The notes beneath the pieces were generated by a model. It did no database searches and was not told the origin of the DNA. It saw only the letters and a program-made list of their open reading frames with translations. Below, in pieces: positions 13,405 through 22,309 of a stretch of 32,612 bases of DNA. The position numbers were made by a program, and so were the translations under genes. Within the stretch, counting starts at the first letter, position 1, and the number at the start of each line of letters is the position of its first letter. This stretch comes from Lachnospiraceae bacterium (GTDB taxonomy: Bacteria > Bacillota > Clostridia > Lachnospirales > Lachnospiraceae): the NCBI GenBank assembly GCA_017958585.1, contig JAGDCK010000097.1:1-32612 (forward strand). Reading direction: 5' to 3'.

Positions 13405-16150
13405 GACAAAAGCAAAAAAACTGAATAACAGGAAAAAGTTTTTGCTTTGCCTGCAGGTCATCATAGCAGTGGTGGCAGTGGGTGCTCTTGTGATGGGCGT
13501 AAAAGTATCGGACATTAAGAAACTGGTACTTTTCGCAGACACTGTGTCCGGAAATGAATTTCAGACAGTTTCGGGTAGTGACCTGGATAACGAAGATGAT
13601 CAGGATACCGGGGATGGCGGAGAAAATAGTGAAAACGGCGATACCGTTTCAGATTCCGATGTTTCATCGGGAGACATTGTCTCACCCGGAGAACCCGAGA
13701 CCCCCGAGACACCGGAAACTCCGGAGTCCACAGTGCCCGTGGCAGTTCTTCATTACATCAGATATGTGGAAGTTTATCCTGAACCCACAATAGACAGTGA
13801 AGAAACTGATAATGGATCGGATAACGGAAATGAAACCGGTGAATCTGAGGATACAGGAAACACAGGCAATGAGAATACTCCGTCCTCAGGAGAAGAGACC
13901 GTATCTGACGGAGACAGCGGATCAAATGACGCAAACGATGGCGATCAGGGTCAGGGAAATTCGGAAAATAATGACCCCGGAAACGGATCTGGTAATGATC
14001 CTCAGAATGGATCCGAATCTGCACCGGCCGGACCAACCTACAGGAAAGTTCCCTCCACCATGGAGTTTACTTCCGTTGCGGCTGCCATTGCAGCGGCAGA
14101 GGATTACTATGTGATAAGCAATGAGCACAGGGGTCAGTCCGAAACTGAGTTTTTGCCTTATATCACACTGTGCGGTGACTCAGAGGTAAACACCACCATC
14201 AATGTGACTGCAAATACCCATAACCTCACTCTGGACCTTAACGGACATGATATTGTCTTCAAGGATACGGCATATTTTAATATTTCCGCGTCCATGGAGT
14301 TTACAATAACGGATTCTTCTCAGACTCCGGGAGTTGTAAAGGGTTCATACGAATACATTTTTGACGGAACCGGAACCTTGAACATTGACGGAGGAAACTT
14401 TATAAGCGAGCAGACCTCCATAATCGGCAGCATGCTTTTATATGCAAACGGCGGTTTCTATGTTTATTCCGATGATTTCGGATTCGGCAAGATCAGTTCA
14501 CCGATCCTCAGAGAAAGGGATGTGTTCATATCCGACACCAGGACGATCCACGGTGTTGAATACACAGGCTTCTACATTGACAGAGCAACATTTGTAAACA
14601 GCTACACTGTAAATGAGCAGGCATTTAGCGATTACTACGGAAACTTCAGGGATGCCTGGAGCGGCGCCATGGAAAAAAGTGCCTCAAACAGCAATGTGAT
14701 CGTAAAGATCGACACATTAAATACCGAGTCAAAGACAGTCAGTGTAACAGAGCTAAGCATTTTATTAAAGGGAAAGATCCTTCTCGACGGTCTTGACTTT
14801 GAGAGAAGTGAAGGCTTCAGAGACGGTTTCTTTAAGATATCTGCCGGAGAACTCATATTAAATGATGTGACCTTAAACGGCAGTATTACCACAGGAGATG
14901 TGAGATATTCCACAGCACCGCTTATCAGCTATGAAGGCGGAAAACTCTGCATTTCGGGAAGCAGTGAAAAGGGTACACTCATAGAGAACAATCTGGCAAA
15001 TACCACATCCGCGGGAATCTTTGTAAAGGGCGGTCTGTCCATGGATATGGCAGGTTACGTGGATGTATGTGACAATTTCGTGATGGTGACTCCCGACGAT
15101 ATTTATGTGAATGGTACAAAGCCTTCCAATATTTTCCTGGGTGATGATGCTTCGGTTACCCTTATAAGCAGGGTCAGATGCAACAAAAAAATAGGAATTT
15201 CCTATGGCGATCCCATCATAGCCGGTTATACATATGTGGGTGCCATCGGAGCGGATTATCAGCAGTCCTTTGCGGAAGACGAGATCGACGATCCCGAAAC
15301 CGAGGGAGACGAGCGACTTGCCTTCTTTACATCCGATGCGGTGGGATATAAGTCATATTATATGGTCTACAACGAGACCTCCAATCTCTTTTATTGGGAC
15401 AGAAGCGTGAAGCTTTTGCCGGAGGCAGGCATCGACAGGATCGAGTACATTCTGATCCCCATAGGAATGCTCCTTCTCATAATAGTGCTCTTTGCCATCA
15501 GAAAAAATGCCCGACTCGCAAGGGGTATAGTAAGCGGAATTGCGGTATTATTTATACTTGCGGGCGCAGGCTTTGCAGTATATCATATTGAATTGGAGAA
15601 AGAAATCTCACGTGAAAATCAGGAGATTATAAAGGAGATCAGCGCCTCCATAAAGAAAAACTCACTGGCGAATGTTCCGGCTTTGGACAGCGATATCATT
15701 CCCGAGGTCGTGACAGAGGACAGAGAGGTTGTGGAAGAAAACAAAAATATATCTGTTCCGAAGGACGGAAGAGAATATATTGGCGTCATCGAAATACCGG
15801 ATTATGATATCACACTTCCGGTGCTTGCAGAGTACAGCGGAGCCAGCATGAAGACTACTCCCTGTGTTTATTACGGTGACATTGACACTTCGGATCTGGT
15901 TATCGTGGGACACAACTACGATACACAATTCGGCGCACTTAGGGAATGCGAGGACGAAACCGAAGTGATACTTACACTTACGGACGGTAGTGTCTATGAG
16001 TACACGAGTTATCTCACCGAGGAGATGAACCCTGATGAAGTGGACAGGATGATAGAGGGTAACTGGGATCTGACCCTGTTTACCTGCAGCTTGAACGGTG
16101 AAAAACGTGTGGCAATAAGATGCGATTTGCTTGAAACGGGAGTAGAATAA
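13385..16150 (+). CDS. Fusion protein: signal anchor, acidic low-complexity stalk, large beta-rich surface domain, LPEAG sorting-signal-like segment, second TM, C-terminal sortase catalytic domain
   Basis: The ATG at 13385 overlaps the srtC end by 20 nt. N-terminal TM: FLLCLQVIIAVVAVGALVMG. The stalk is rich in D, S, G, N and E and contains PETPETPETPES. LPEAG (15416-15430) is followed by ILIPIGMLLLIIVLFAI, RKNARLAR and GIVSGIAVLFILAGAGFAVYHI. The sortase domain (about 15770-16147) has IEIPDYDITLPV, VIVGHNY (His), LTLFTCS (Cys codon 16085-16087) and RVAIRC (Arg). Confidence 0.85.
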   Translation: MERKNHETKAKKLNNRKKFLLCLQVIIAVVAVGALVMGVKVSDIKKLVLFADTVSGNEFQTVSGSDLDNEDDQDTGDGGENSENGDTVSDSDVSSGDIVSPGEPETPETPETPESTVPVAVLHYIRYVEVYPEPTIDSEETDNGSDNGNETGESEDTGNTGNENTPSSGEETVSDGDSGSNDANDGDQGQGNSENNDPGNGSGNDPQNGSESAPAGPTYRKVPSTMEFTSVAAAIAAAEDYYVISNEHRGQSETEFLPYITLCGDSEVNTTINVTANTHNLTLDLNGHDIVFKDTAYFNISASMEFTITDSSQTPGVVKGSYEYIFDGTGTLNIDGGNFISEQTSIIGSMLLYANGGFYVYSDDFGFGKISSPILRERDVFISDTRTIHGVEYTGFYIDRATFVNSYTVNEQAFSDYYGNFRDAWSGAMEKSASNSNVIVKIDTLNTESKTVSVTELSILLKGKILLDGLDFERSEGFRDGFFKISAGELILNDVTLNGSITTGDVRYSTAPLISYEGGKLCISGSSEKGTLIENNLANTTSAGIFVKGGLSMDMAGYVDVCDNFVMVTPDDIYVNGTKPSNIFLGDDASVTLISRVRCNKKIGISYGDPIIAGYTYVGAIGADYQQSFAEDEIDDPETEGDERLAFFTSDAVGYKSYYMVYNETSNLFYWDRSVKLLPEAGIDRIEYILIPIGMLLLIIVLFAIRKNARLARGIVSGIAVLFILAGAGFAVYHIELEKEISRENQEIIKEISASIKKNSLANVPALDSDIIPEVVTEDREVVEENKNISVPKDGREYIGVIEIPDYDITLPVLAEYSGASMKTTPCVYYGDIDTSDLVIVGHNYDTQFGALRECEDETEVILTLTDGSVYEYTSYLTEEMNPDEVDRMIEGNWDLTLFTCSLNGEKRVAIRCDLLETGVE
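15416..15589 (+). other. Internal junction: LPEAG sorting-signal-like segment fused to the membrane anchor of a sortase domain
   Basis: Translation reads LPEAG-IDRIEY-ILIPIGMLLLIIVLFAI-RKNARLAR-GIVSGIAVLFILAGAGFAVYHI. The layout (motif, helix, basic patch, helix) matches the junction at 9538-9714. Confidence 0.7.
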
Positions 16151-17421
16151 TGGAGTTGTTCAGTCTTGCACTCAGTCTTTCGGGAGTCTTCGTCATAGCT
16201 ATCATGATAGTGGGCGTAAGTCTCTCGAAGATGACCTATAAACGCAAAAAAAAGCTCCTTTTGTGGATGTCATTTCACTGCGGAACTGTGTTTATGGACA
16301 TGATGGTAAGCGTGTCGGGGGAATTCGACGGCTATCTGTATGTGGTCATTGGGAAAATAGCGGAGTTTTTGCTCTTTTGCGGGGCAGTTTACTATGCCCA
16401 TCTGTATCTTGAGGATATTTTCAGAAAGATGATGAGACGGGTCACAGCCTACAGAAGGGGTGTGATTGTCTATCTCGCACTTTTAAATATCATCAACATT
16501 TCCAGCGTGATCACGGGATTTACATTCAGGATAGAAAACGCTTCCACCGTAAAAAACGGACCCTTCTGGTACGTGGTATATTTTTTCGCGGCCATGGTTT
16601 ACTTTGCGGATATCTGTATTATAATGTATAATAAAGTGAAAAACCGTGAATCGTTGAGCCAGACCTATGTGCTTGGTGCCTTTTTTGTGCTAAGCCTTCT
16701 GGTGCAGCCCATCTGCTATCTGTATGAGGCTGTATTTCCCACATATTTTGCGATCTCACTGTGTTTTATAATCTATTACATATATTACAACGTGAATCAG
16801 TACAAGTGGTTTATGGAAAACGAAGTGGAGAGGGAGAAGCGCAAGACCAAGCTCATGCTCTCGCAGATCCAGCCCCATTTTATCTTTAATTCACTTACGA
16901 CCATAAAGTATCTGGTGATGGATGACCCGGTGGTGGCCGAGATGGCAGTCACCAAATTTACCAGTTATCTGAGAGCCAATTTAGAGTCCCTGTCCGTTGA
17001 CAGGACCATAGTTAACTTTGATAAGGAGCTTGAACACACCGAGATATATCTGTGGCTTGAGCAGCTTAGATTTGAAGACTTTTTGAAGGTAGAGTACTAT
17101 GTGGAGACCAGGGATTTTAAGATCCCGATGCTGACCTTACAGCCCATAGTCGAAAATGCCGTAAAGCACGGTATATGCAAGAAAAAGGACGGAGGCACCG
17201 TCACCATCAGAGTAAAGGAAAAGTCGGATGCCTACGAGATCGAGATAAAGGATGACGGCGTAGGATTTGATGTGGAGAACGTAATAAACGATCCCCAATA
17301 TGACAATGGCGGAATCGCAAATGTTAGCAAGCGTCTCACCGGATTTAACTATTCAACCATGAGTATCCTCAGTAAAAAGGATTGCGGTACCACTGTGAAA
17401 ATATCACTGACCAAGGAGTAG
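16150..17421 (+). CDS. Sensor histidine kinase, LytS/YehU family (multi-pass membrane sensor domain, His_kinase domain, GHKL ATPase)
   Basis: The ATG overlaps the preceding stop (TAATG). There are about six hydrophobic helices in the first 210 aa or so. The phospho-acceptor region LSQIQPHFIFNSLTTIKYL, the N-box QPIVENAVKHG and the G-box KDDGVGF are present. Confidence 0.85.
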   Translation: MELFSLALSLSGVFVIAIMIVGVSLSKMTYKRKKKLLLWMSFHCGTVFMDMMVSVSGEFDGYLYVVIGKIAEFLLFCGAVYYAHLYLEDIFRKMMRRVTAYRRGVIVYLALLNIINISSVITGFTFRIENASTVKNGPFWYVVYFFAAMVYFADICIIMYNKVKNRESLSQTYVLGAFFVLSLLVQPICYLYEAVFPTYFAISLCFIIYYIYYNVNQYKWFMENEVEREKRKTKLMLSQIQPHFIFNSLTTIKYLVMDDPVVAEMAVTKFTSYLRANLESLSVDRTIVNFDKELEHTEIYLWLEQLRFEDFLKVEYYVETRDFKIPMLTLQPIVENAVKHGICKKKDGGTVTIRVKEKSDAYEIEIKDDGVGFDVENVINDPQYDNGGIANVSKRLTGFNYSTMSILSKKDCGTTVKISLTKE

Positions 17422-17426
17422 ACCAT

Positions 17427-18086
17427 ATGGCCGAAAACGTCAAGGAACAAAAGCAAATTATATATTATGACCTGGATACGGAGGGAAATACCGAGGAAAA
17501 AGCTGAGGACGTGTATGAAAAATACGTCTTTGATGAGACTGCAGCTCCTGAGACCTCTGACCAAAGCGGGGAGCCGGAAGAGTTGAACTACGATGAGAAC
17601 ATGGATGACTCCATCTCTGAGGAGGAAGATCAGAGTGACGATTTCGGAGGCCTTTCAGAGGAGGACATGAAGCGCCTTGACGGACTGGAGGATGAGGAGG
17701 AAGAACTCAGGGAAGATTTTTTTGCGGCGGATCTTTCCGGTGATGATCGCACAAGACTTGAAGAGAGGATAAGAGCCATGGAGGAGGATATCGCCACCAT
17801 CAAACAGGGCGTATCCAATATCCTCGATATCAAATTCGACATGATGTACCAGTCCCTTCGTACGGAGATCCACGAGGATGCCATAAAGACTTACAGAAAT
17901 ATCCAGGCAGTCATTGTGGAGGAGGATGCAAAGCAGAATCACGTTCTCTTTGGCATGGACGGAAATACCAATAAATTAAAGAACAGAATGAATCATCTGC
18001 TTATTTTCTCCATCGTCTCATTTGTGACATCCATCCTGGTAATGCTTATGCAGATATTACCGGCACTTGGATTTAATCTGTTTTGA
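17427..18086 (+). CDS. Acidic tail-anchored membrane protein, function unknown
   Basis: The ATG at 17427 follows AAGGAG at 17412-17417, so the track's 17382 start overlaps the kinase. The first 120 aa or so are extremely rich in Asp and Glu (SEEEDQSDDFGGLSEEDMKRLDGLEDEEEELRED). A predicted helical segment follows, then a single C-terminal TM (LLIFSIVSFVTSILVMLMQILPALGF). Confidence 0.7.
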   Translation: MAENVKEQKQIIYYDLDTEGNTEEKAEDVYEKYVFDETAAPETSDQSGEPEELNYDENMDDSISEEEDQSDDFGGLSEEDMKRLDGLEDEEEELREDFFAADLSGDDRTRLEERIRAMEEDIATIKQGVSNILDIKFDMMYQSLRTEIHEDAIKTYRNIQAVIVEEDAKQNHVLFGMDGNTNKLKNRMNHLLIFSIVSFVTSILVMLMQILPALGFNLF

Positions 18087-18090
18087 ATGA

Positions 18091-18121
18091 AGCATCGGCC
18101 TTTTGACCGGTGCTTTTTTTG
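18091..18121 (+). terminator. Rho-independent terminator ending the sortase/kinase operon
   Basis: Stem agcatcgg(cc) pairs with (ga)ccggtgct around a tttt loop. A run of seven T follows (18114-18120). Confidence 0.8.
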
Positions 18122-18156
18122 TTAAATTAATTGCTTCTCATGATGGGGAAAATCAA

Positions 18157-18185
18157 TTGTCAGCGCAGTCAAAGAATGATAAAAT
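18157..18185 (+). promoter_or_regulatory. Candidate sigma-A promoter
   Basis: TTGTCA (18157-18162), a 17-nt spacer, then TAAAAT (18180-18185) preceded by TGa (extended -10). Confidence 0.5.
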
Positions 18186-18214
18186 CAAATTATAAATATA
18201 CTGAGGTAATACCA

Positions 18215-19801
18215 ATGAGTAAAGAGGCGCTCGAAAGGGCAGTGGCTGATTTTGAAAACAAAATATTGTCGGCGGAAGATTTTGACGCTTCAGAGGTTAC
18301 CGAAGTGATCGAAAAGCACAGGGATCTTGGCGAAAAAGGCCTGATGGGAATGCTTTACTATTACAGGGCATATGCTTATCTCGTAAACGGATTTCAATTT
18401 GAGGCTATTGAGGATTTAAACCTAAGTATCGCAGGGCTTTTGGGTTCCGAGAGAGAGAAGGAAGTGGCAAGAGCCTATAATATGCTGGGAGTTATCGCAA
18501 ACGGCGGAAGCAACCTGATCCTTGCCCATGAACATTATGAGACGGCCCTTACCTACGCCGCAAAATACGACGAAGATATCATTCAGGGAATGGTATGGGG
18601 AAATCTGGCTGAACTTCTCCACAGAGTGGGAAGCGAGGAGAGCGCGGAGAAATATTATAAGAGATTCCTGGAAACCTTTGACAGCAGCGATGATGTGGAC
18701 AACAATAACGGTCTGTCCATGTTTAAAAGAGCTGCCGGAGGATACGGATATGTATTATTAAATCTCGGAAAAGTAGAGGAAACCGGTGAACTTTTAGAAA
18801 AGATCGACACCATGCCGGAGACAATCTTTGATCCCTCATCGGAAATGTCCGTCGCCAGTTTGAAGGCATATTACCACAAACTGATCGGGGACATGGATGG
18901 AGCAAGGGAATATATACGCAAAACTCTTGATGTGGTAAAACTTGGCATAAATATCACATCGTCTTATGATCAGATCCAGAATTTCATGCAGTTTTTGATC
19001 GATTTAAAAGATTATAAGTCCCTTGGTGCTTTGCTTGATCTGGTGACGCCCCAGGCAGCCATTGAGAAAAATGAGGGCTTTATGCTGCAGCTTTTGCAGG
19101 CTCAGTTAAAGTACTGCTCGGAAAACATGGACAGCGAAGCCTATGTAAACAGCACCCAGACATTTTTTAAGATCAAGGAAAAATACGAGCAGTCAGAAAA
19201 TGCCCAGATCCTGTCCATGATGGAGCTTAGAAACAAGCTTTCCTATCTGGAAAATGAGGAGGAAGGCTTAAAGGAGCGAAATTTAAGTCTGGAATTCCAG
19301 GCTGAACACGATTTTTTGACGGGGCTTTACAACAAGAGATATTTAAACGACTACGCAGAGGCTACTTTTGAAAAGACATTTATCAAGAGGGAGAATCTGG
19401 GAGTACTGTTTGCGGATATTGACAATTTCAAAATCTTAAATGACACCTATGGTCATGCGGAGGGAGATAAATGTATCTCTGCGGTGGCCACCACCATAAA
19501 GCGGGTCATGAGAAATGACTTTGCGGCCAGATACGGCGGGGACGAATTCGTCATGATCTTTTCGGGCAGATCCAGGGATTACGTGGAGGACAGAGCCTGG
19601 GAGCTTATCGACGAGATCAAAAAGCTGGATATGTACGGTGGGGTATCCATCACCATAGGCGGCATATATGCAAGGCCGGAGCGACTGAACAAGATCTGGG
19701 ATTATTTCAAGGCTGCGGATTCTGCTCTTTATATGCAAAAGGAGATTCAACGAGGATCCTTTAAAATGACCCTACGTGAAGACCAAACATTACTTACTTA
19801 A
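18215..19801 (+). CDS. Diguanylate cyclase with an N-terminal TPR-like helical repeat domain (GGDEF domain protein)
   Basis: The ATG at 18215 follows TGAGGT. The C-terminal domain has DFLTGLYNKRYL, LFADIDNFKILNDTYGHAEGD and an intact RYGGDEFVMIF. The N-terminal 370 aa or so are helical-repeat-like. Confidence 0.85.
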   Translation: MSKEALERAVADFENKILSAEDFDASEVTEVIEKHRDLGEKGLMGMLYYYRAYAYLVNGFQFEAIEDLNLSIAGLLGSEREKEVARAYNMLGVIANGGSNLILAHEHYETALTYAAKYDEDIIQGMVWGNLAELLHRVGSEESAEKYYKRFLETFDSSDDVDNNNGLSMFKRAAGGYGYVLLNLGKVEETGELLEKIDTMPETIFDPSSEMSVASLKAYYHKLIGDMDGAREYIRKTLDVVKLGINITSSYDQIQNFMQFLIDLKDYKSLGALLDLVTPQAAIEKNEGFMLQLLQAQLKYCSENMDSEAYVNSTQTFFKIKEKYEQSENAQILSMMELRNKLSYLENEEEGLKERNLSLEFQAEHDFLTGLYNKRYLNDYAEATFEKTFIKRENLGVLFADIDNFKILNDTYGHAEGDKCISAVATTIKRVMRNDFAARYGGDEFVMIFSGRSRDYVEDRAWELIDEIKKLDMYGGVSITIGGIYARPERLNKIWDYFKAADSALYMQKEIQRGSFKMTLREDQTLLT

Positions 19802-19814
19802 AGGGGGATAATGC

Positions 19815-21413
19815 ATGAAACTAACCTTTATCGGCGCAGATCATGAAGTAACCGGAAGTTGCCACTACATGGAGGTGGGCAGCAAGAAGTTTCTGGTGGA
19901 TTACGGTATGGAACAGGGAGTGGATGCCTATGAGAACGCACCTCTTCCCGTAAACGAATCCATGATCGATTACGTGTTTTTAACCCATGCACATGTGGAT
20001 CACTCGGGACTGTTGCCCCTGCTGTATGCCCACGGCTTCAGAGGACAGATATTTACCACCGACGCCACGGCGGATCTCTGTAACATAATGCTCAGAGACT
20101 GTGCCCACATTCAACAGATGGAATGTGAGTGGAAGAACAGAAAGATGAAGAGAAATTCCGACGCACCCATGATAGAACCTATCTATACCATGGAGGATGC
20201 GGACGGTGTCATAAAGAGGATCGTTCCCTGTCACTATGATCATGTTTATGAGATATGTGACGAGATCAAGATCAGATTTACGGATATAGGACATCTGCTT
20301 GGATCGGCCAGCATAGAGTTATGGCTAAACGAAAACGGCACGGAGAAAAAGATAGTTTTTTCCGGCGATATCGGTAACAAAAATCAGCCCCTGTTAAGGG
20401 ATCCCATCCCCACAACATCTGCGGATTATGTGGTCATGGAATCCACCTACGGCGACAGGCTCCACGACAGAACAAAGGTGGACTACGAGAGCGAGCTTGC
20501 TTCCATTTTGCAGGATACCTTTGAAAAAGGCGGAAATGTGGTGATCCCATCATTTGCGGTGGGAAGGACCCAGGAGATGCTGTTTTTCTTAAGGAAGATA
20601 AAAGTGGACAGAATGGTGAAGGGCTTTGAGGACTTCCAGGTTTATGTGGACAGCCCCCTTGCCGTTGAGGCCACGGGAATTTTTAATGAAAACAGGATGG
20701 AATGTTTTGACGAGGAGGCCATGGCCCTTGTAAATGAGGGCATAAATCCAATTGCCTTTTCGGGACTTAAACTTGCCATCACCAGCGAAGAGTCAAAGGA
20801 GATCAACTTTAATGACAAGCCCAAGGTAATCCTGTCGGCTTCCGGAATGTGCGAGGCGGGTCGTATCCGTCACCACTTAAAGCACAATCTGTGGAGACCG
20901 GAGTGTACCATACTCTTTGTGGGTTACCAGGCTGTAGGAACTTTGGGCAGAAGCCTCATAGAAGGCGCAAAGGAAGTGCATCTGTTTGGCGAGCCCATTG
21001 AGGTCAGGGCAAAGATCACACAGCTTCACGGCATGAGCGGTCACGCTGACAAGGACGGACTTATCGAGTGGCTTGAAGCCTTTGAGGAAAAGCCAAAGAA
21101 GGTCTTTGTGGTTCACGGTGAGGACAATGTCTGCACCCAGTTTGCGGAGTGCTTAAAGATCGAACACGGGCAGAGGGCATACGCTCCCTATTCCGGCACG
21201 GTTTTTGACCTTACATCAGGCAAACTCGAGTATGAGGGAAATCCTCTTCCCGTAAAGAAAAAGGTTAAACCTGCCACAGGCGTATATGCAAGACTTATTG
21301 CGGCTGGACAGAGACTTATCGCAGTCATATCAAAGAGCGACGGTCTGCCAAACAAGGATCTTGCCAAATTCGCAGATCAGATCAACAATATCTGTGAAAA
21401 GATGGAAAACTAG
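19815..21413 (+). CDS. Metallo-beta-lactamase fold hydrolase of the beta-CASP family (probable RNA-metabolising nuclease)
   Basis: The sequence shows the MBL motif LTHAHVDHSG, a length of about 530 aa, a late HGMSGHAD motif, and the N-terminus MKLTFIGADHEVTGSCHYMEV that is typical of this family. Confidence 0.75.
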   Translation: MKLTFIGADHEVTGSCHYMEVGSKKFLVDYGMEQGVDAYENAPLPVNESMIDYVFLTHAHVDHSGLLPLLYAHGFRGQIFTTDATADLCNIMLRDCAHIQQMECEWKNRKMKRNSDAPMIEPIYTMEDADGVIKRIVPCHYDHVYEICDEIKIRFTDIGHLLGSASIELWLNENGTEKKIVFSGDIGNKNQPLLRDPIPTTSADYVVMESTYGDRLHDRTKVDYESELASILQDTFEKGGNVVIPSFAVGRTQEMLFFLRKIKVDRMVKGFEDFQVYVDSPLAVEATGIFNENRMECFDEEAMALVNEGINPIAFSGLKLAITSEESKEINFNDKPKVILSASGMCEAGRIRHHLKHNLWRPECTILFVGYQAVGTLGRSLIEGAKEVHLFGEPIEVRAKITQLHGMSGHADKDGLIEWLEAFEEKPKKVFVVHGEDNVCTQFAECLKIEHGQRAYAPYSGTVFDLTSGKLEYEGNPLPVKKKVKPATGVYARLIAAGQRLIAVISKSDGLPNKDLAKFADQINNICEKMEN

Positions 21414-21429
21414 TTTTCGGAGGATAATA

Positions 21430-22278
21430 ATGAGTTACGCAGACAATGTGTTTATAAATATGTGCAGGGATATTCTGGAGAACGGAACCAGCACGGAGGG
21501 AGAAAAGGTCAGACCCCATTGGCCGGACGGAACTCCCGCATATACCATCAAAAAATTCGGTGTGGTAAACAGATATGACCTCTCAAAGGAATTTCCCATA
21601 ATGACTTTGAGAAAGACAGCCCTTAAATCCGCAACGGATGAGATGCTTTGGATATGGCAGCAAAAATCCAATAATATAAACGATCTCCACAGTCACATCT
21701 GGGACGAGTGGGCGGATCCCGACGGATCCATAGGAAAGGCCTACGGATATCAGCTTGGGGTAAAGCATCAGTACAGAGAGGGCATGATGGATCAGGTGGA
21801 CCGCGTGATCTATGATCTGAAAAACAACCCCTTCAGCCGCAGGATCATGACAAATATCTATGTTCATCAGGATCTCCATGCCATGAATCTCTATCCCTGT
21901 GCCTACAGCATGACCTTCAATGTGACACAAAAGCCCGGGGATGAGAAGCTGACTTTAAATGCCATCTTAAATCAGCGCTCCCAGGACGTGCTGGCCGCAA
22001 ACAACTGGAACGTGGTGCAATATGCGGTTTTGGTACATATGCTTGCACAGGTTTGTGATATGCAGGTGGGAGAACTGGTGCATGTTATCGCGGATGCCCA
22101 TATTTATGACAGACATATTCCCTTCATCAAGGAGCTTATTTCCAGGGAGCCGAAGGAGGCGCCGAAGTTCATACTTAATCCAGAGGTAAAGGATTTCTAC
22201 AAATTTACCAGGGACGATGTGAAACTTGAGGGATATGAATTCGGAGAGCAGATAACGGATATTCCCATCGCCATCTGA
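21430..22278 (+). CDS. thyA: Thymidylate synthase (Bacillus subtilis ThyA / thyP3-like subtype)
   Basis: The ATG at 21430 follows GGAGG. Recognisable motifs are ELLWIWQ-like DEMLWIWQQKSNNINDL, SRRIM, the active-site LYPCAYS, and NPEVKDFYKFTRDDVKL. Confidence 0.9.
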   Translation: MSYADNVFINMCRDILENGTSTEGEKVRPHWPDGTPAYTIKKFGVVNRYDLSKEFPIMTLRKTALKSATDEMLWIWQQKSNNINDLHSHIWDEWADPDGSIGKAYGYQLGVKHQYREGMMDQVDRVIYDLKNNPFSRRIMTNIYVHQDLHAMNLYPCAYSMTFNVTQKPGDEKLTLNAILNQRSQDVLAANNWNVVQYAVLVHMLAQVCDMQVGELVHVIADAHIYDRHIPFIKELISREPKEAPKFILNPEVKDFYKFTRDDVKLEGYEFGEQITDIPIAI

Positions 22279-22309
22279 TATTAAAAGTCTAATTTAGAGG
22301 GAGAAAAAC

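Noticed and set aside
13515-14128. A cluster of 65-105-aa ORFs on both strands (13515-13712 -, 13554-13793 +, 13758-14036 -, 13797-14114 +, 13922-14128 -).
   Set aside because: All lie inside the acidic low-complexity stalk of the 921-aa gene. The purine-rich repeats suppress stop codons in several frames. None has an RBS or a recognisable motif.
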